A stretch of 63,259 bases of DNA, the filler included, from Rhabdomonas costata (Eukaryota): the NCBI GenBank assembly GCA_019059605.1. It is 33 parts of 33 records of this genome, joined end to end, with 100 filler letters (N's around TTAATTAATTAA, not from the genome) between each part and the next. Parts side by side here need not be neighbours in the genome. Positions count along the whole stretch, not along the records: positions 59,523 to 61,341 come from JAHMHO010008614.1; positions 61,442 to 63,259 come from JAHMHO010008615.1; 31 more parts are not named here. One strand, given 5' to 3'. Below, piece by piece: positions 59,523 to 63,259 of the stretch. A program made the position numbers and the translations under genes. The notes beneath the pieces were generated by a model, which saw only the letters and a list, made by a program, of their open reading frames with translations, made no database searches and had not been told where the DNA came from. Position 1 is the first letter of the stretch. Each line of letters starts with the position of its first letter.

Positions 59523-61333
59523 GGTGGTTGTGGCTTGGGCTGTACTTGCGGCTTAGCACATGACCATGTGTGACCGTAAACTGCTTCACTGGTACTTCTT
59601 CACTGTCATGCCCTTTATCCTGCACTAAATGCTGCTTCAACGGGGGTTTAGGGGTCTGGGCTCCTCTGTGGAAACTCGCTGTGGATGTGGATGGTGTGTC
59701 CATTGCCATTCCAGTTACTGAAGTTCCCGTCACTTGCTGTGGAACATTCGTCGTTGAGGGAGCTACTAGGCCCCTTTCGCTTCCTTCAGCTGTCGCAAGA
59801 TAGCTTCCATGGCATCAGCTACTTGTGGCTGTGGATGTGGTTTGGGGACTGGGGGCACATACTTCACCCATTTTCTTGTGTCGGGCAACTGTGAAAGCAA
59901 CTCTCTGGCCTTAATCCTCCTCCTCAAAACCTCATTCAACAAAGACTCTATTTGTTCCAGATCATGTCGCAATGGTGAACCCTCCACCTCTAACTCTTCT
60001 ACCACCGCCACTACATACGCCAACAACCCGTGGTCCTCCAAGATCGGCGGAACTGCACTCAGAACAGGTAGCTCTGGATTCCCGAGGGCAACATGTCTCC
60101 ACTCATTTAGCTCTTCGAAAGCTGTAAACATCTCCATCCTCCAATCCTCTAGAATACCAACCAAGTTCTTGACCTCCTTATTCTATTATTCTCTGTCTGA
60201 TCTTTGTACTTGGACGATATCCACTCCACGGCTGCTATCCACCTCTTGTAATTCTCTATCACCTTTGGAAAAGCCGCATTGAACCTTTGCATAACTTCTT
60301 TACGAATTCTTTCCACCTCTGTAGCTGTCCGTACGAAACACTCCATGCATCTGTCATAACGGTTTTGAGTGTGGGGTCGCAAGAAAGACAGGAGGTGTAA
60401 TCTGTAACTCTTACTAGCAGAAGGTTGCGACATTCTCAACTCTGGACTGAGCAACACTGGGAAGTACTTCAGCACTCAGTCAAGCCTCTCAAAGAGAAAT
60501 TCGAAAGCGCTCAGTAGCTTAGTCATGGCTCTCCACAAAACCCACGCACGCTGTGGATTCTCCCCTCTCAAACACCAACGCTGTAGAGCCTCACCCATCA
60601 CCCACACACCCACGCACTATCTCTCACCACTCCTCAGGAGGGTTGGCTCTCTCTACGCTGTGGATTTGGCACACAACGGGCGCAGTACCGATGTCTCTCT
60701 TTGGAATTATCTCGAGGGGAGTAACTTCTCCCATGCTCTTCTTTCTTAATCGAGTTGTTCCTTGCTCCTAAAAGTGAAGTGAAAGGTACAAACTCACAGT
60801 AAAAAGCATCAAAAACTTGTCTACTGCCCATCTGATAACACAATCCACTCACTTACCCACTTGTGGATAACCAACTCTAACATCATATATGGATAACCCA
60901 ATGACTACACTCTACACTTCATCAATCTCTTTTCCAACCACGTGGGAAAACACCGTGGCCCACCGCGGCCTTGGTCGAAGATTTCCTGTGGATCATAAAT
61001 ACAATCTCCATTAAACCTCTGGCATCTGATCTTCAGCTCTTTCAGCAAAGGATACCAGTGGGCTTCAACCCACTCTGGTGTCACCAAAAGCAGACGAGAT
61101 CTTTATAGACAGGTCTTTGCCAAAACATCTGGAATGAGGCTCTTGGAGTAAAGACACACATCTGGGATACATCTGTAGGCAAAAGCATTGCAGCCCATTG
61201 CCTCCACATCCCTCTAGTCAACTGTAAAGTACCGCAGCAGCTGATTGTGCTCTGCCGACGCAAACAAATCGATACAATGATTCACTAACAAAGTGTAGCA
61301 CATTGCTATGAATATCGTAGGTTCTAACTTAAC
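59523..61333 (-). mobile_element. Decayed repeat element, copy 2: methyltransferase remnant followed by a frameshifted downstream ORF (60475-59523)
   Basis: 60402-61333 aligns by eye with 46541-47437 (CIDLFASAEHNQLLRYF, LLVTPEWVEAHWYPLL). Successive ORFs 60149-60475, 59766-60164 and 59523-59733 look like one broken gene. Confidence 0.75.
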
Positions 61334-61441
61334 CCCCCCCCNNNNNNNNNNNNNNNNNNNNNNNNNNNNNNNNNNNNNNNNNNNNTTAATTAATTAANNN
61401 NNNNNNNNNNNNNNNNNNNNNNNNNNNNNNNNNNNNNNNNN

Positions 61442-61719
61442 CACAGCGCGCAGGTCGTCCTCGCGGAGCACTCCGCTGCGAGAAAGGCAAAAGTGCAGAA
61501 GCTCAACTTTTGCGTCCCCCATCTTCCCCTCCTCCTTCACCTTCCGTCAGCCGATGGTATCCCGCACTGTAAGACTCTGTGCCGGGGACCACTCGACCAC
61601 TCGGGAAGGTCACACGCAGACAATTGGAGCACCAGAAAAGGAAGGAAATGGGTGGGTGGGTGGTGGGGAAGGGGACCAGCGCGGCGAAGGCATCGGAGCT
61701 GGCTACAAGGGTGTTCCAT
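61442..61719 (-). CDS. Putative 5' exons of a hypothetical gene (61719-61541, 61475->61442)
   Basis: ATG 61719 is in frame through a 65-nt gtgaag...tcgcag intron into GVLREDDLRAV. The start codon is uncertain. Confidence 0.4.
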
Positions 61720-62519
61720 GAGACCGGCGAGGGCACAGCCAGCCTGGGATGCCGGGGAAGCGATGTGCAGGGTTCCGTTGAGGGCATCGCTCACTTTGGG
61801 TTATTCGTGTGCTTCTGTGTTGAAAGGAAGAAGAGCTATTAACAAAGAGGAAATGGCAGCTGTAACGGTGAGGAAACACACTTAGAAAATCACAGCCGAG
61901 AGTGCGCGATACACGAAGACACCGCCATCCGGTGGTTGGTTCGGAGAACGTAAGCATCTGGGGCTTCTGCTGAAATCGCATTTCGGGCTCCTTGACATCT
62001 CCAATGACCATGCAACCCAATGACTGTGCTCATACTCACTGGCCTCGTTGCTTTAACACTGCACCCGGAAGTGGCGATGGTGCACTAACTACCTTAATAG
62101 GGGAGGGGGGGTCATTGCTCCCTTACGCTGTCAGAGGCACAATAAGCCGTATATACTGTGTAGAGTATGTATAGAGTATATAGAGTTCATCCCAAATTTT
62201 GAGCAGGAGATCATGGATGGAGACCTTTACCTGCGAGGAGCACACATAACCGGTCAACTGACAGACGCCTGACTGCGAAACGACTGGCAAGTGATCGACG
62301 CTTGGTCCAGATGCGCAGTTCTTTCGAGGAGGGAGGACTGCAATGGGCAGGGCGTAGGGTCCAGATTCAAAACACGTAGCTCGACAAGAAGCATCGTTTT
62401 TAATACAGGATTGACGCGCAGTTGACACACAGCCATACATAGTTACAGGGTTCTGAAGCAAACATGCGACTGATTGATGGAACGCCAGAAAAGAATGAGG
62501 ACCGCTCTCCCCCAGTCCC

Positions 62520-62759
62520 CTAACTGCGGTCGGGTTCCACCGACCGATCCTTGACAAACCCCTTGCAGATCAAAATGTACTCCAAGGGCTCTGCCGGGGC
62601 CGCGCCCCCCGCGGCCGCGGAAGAGTCCTTCGTCGAGCCCCCTTTCAGGGTAAGCTTGAGGGTCACGGTGTGGGTGATGGTTAGCCCGGGGATCGGCGCC
62701 AGGCCCAGCACTGCGTTGGTCGGAGTGAAGGCGATTGTCACCCGGCGATTGCCCCCGAC
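62520..62759 (-). CDS. Terminal exon of a beta-rich (Ig-like) protein
   Basis: gagcag|VGGNRRVTIAFTP...LKLTLKGG...YILICKGFV...* with strong GC3 bias. Confidence 0.6.
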   Translation of the reverse strand, partial: VGGNRRVTIAFTPTNAVLGLAPIPGLTITHTVTLKLTLKGGSTKDSSAAAGGAAPAEPLEYILICKGFVKDRSVEPDRS

Positions 62760-63259
62760 CTGCTCCACCCCACCCAAAGATTAGATGAAAAATGCATAGG
62801 GTGAAGAAAGGTTGGCACTAGTTTATCCTCGTTTATCCACTCCCACAAATATGGCGAGGCAGACCGAACTCCTCTAATTGAAGGGCTAACTCAAGAGTGC
62901 GATATGTTTGTGTTTGTGTTTGCGTCTGTGGAGTCGGAATTCGGTGGGAAGACAATTTATTTGCTGTTAGCTGAGATGAACGGTCTCACCACAGGCGAGA
63001 GCACAAAGCCATTCAAAAACCACTCCCGGGGACTCTGGCAAGATATGGACCCCACTTTTTCTTTCGGTGCAATCTTTCCCCTAAAATTCCTGCACACGCA
63101 CATTCGCACACATGCACCACACAATGCGTGCGTGAGGCCTTATTGTTTTTTAGTGTCTTTGTTGCAGACAAGTATGCATATCCACCCCGCCCACCCACAG
63201 AGAAACCTCAATGCTCTCTCGGGAGGAGCTCAGGCTCCAGCCGTACCGCACACACAAAC

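Noticed and set aside
1-63259. rRNA, tRNA, SL RNA genes and Euglena-type nonconventional introns
   Set aside because: None recognised by eye. All resolved cis introns are GT-AG; no covariance search was run.

Overview
This window is not contiguous DNA. It is 33 separate contigs of about 1.82 kb each, joined by an artificial 100-bp spacer (N44-TTAATTAATTAA-N44), so nothing can be inferred across spacers. Most contigs come from an intron-rich, GC3-rich flagellate eukaryote, probably a euglenid or other euglenozoan (inference). By joining GT-AG exons in frame I recovered fragments of a CaMKK-like kinase, CFAP43, cyclin L, NT5C3, a MAPK-like kinase, a PRMT10-like methyltransferase, a SpoU methylase, RETSAT, a C2-domain protein, a DnaJ protein and a Cys-rich repeat protein. 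There are also three adenylate-cyclase-like genes, tandem GT15 and formyltransferase-like genes, and long intronless PPR and RNF213-like ORFs. One very AT-rich contig (13445-15265) looks like Mimiviridae-like giant-virus DNA, with an AAAATTGA early promoter and a 3' hairpin. Two contigs carry decayed copies of one repeat family that encodes a DIRS-type N6-adenine methyltransferase and appears to contain an intron. The most interesting signal is that four of five inferable host gene starts have CCGG 2-5 nt before the ATG, usually after a pyrimidine tract. This suggests a non-canonical CGG trans-splice acceptor. G/T-only contig ends and a fold-back inversion in CFAP43 point to whole-genome-amplified material. 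All protein assignments are motif recognition by eye; no searches were run.
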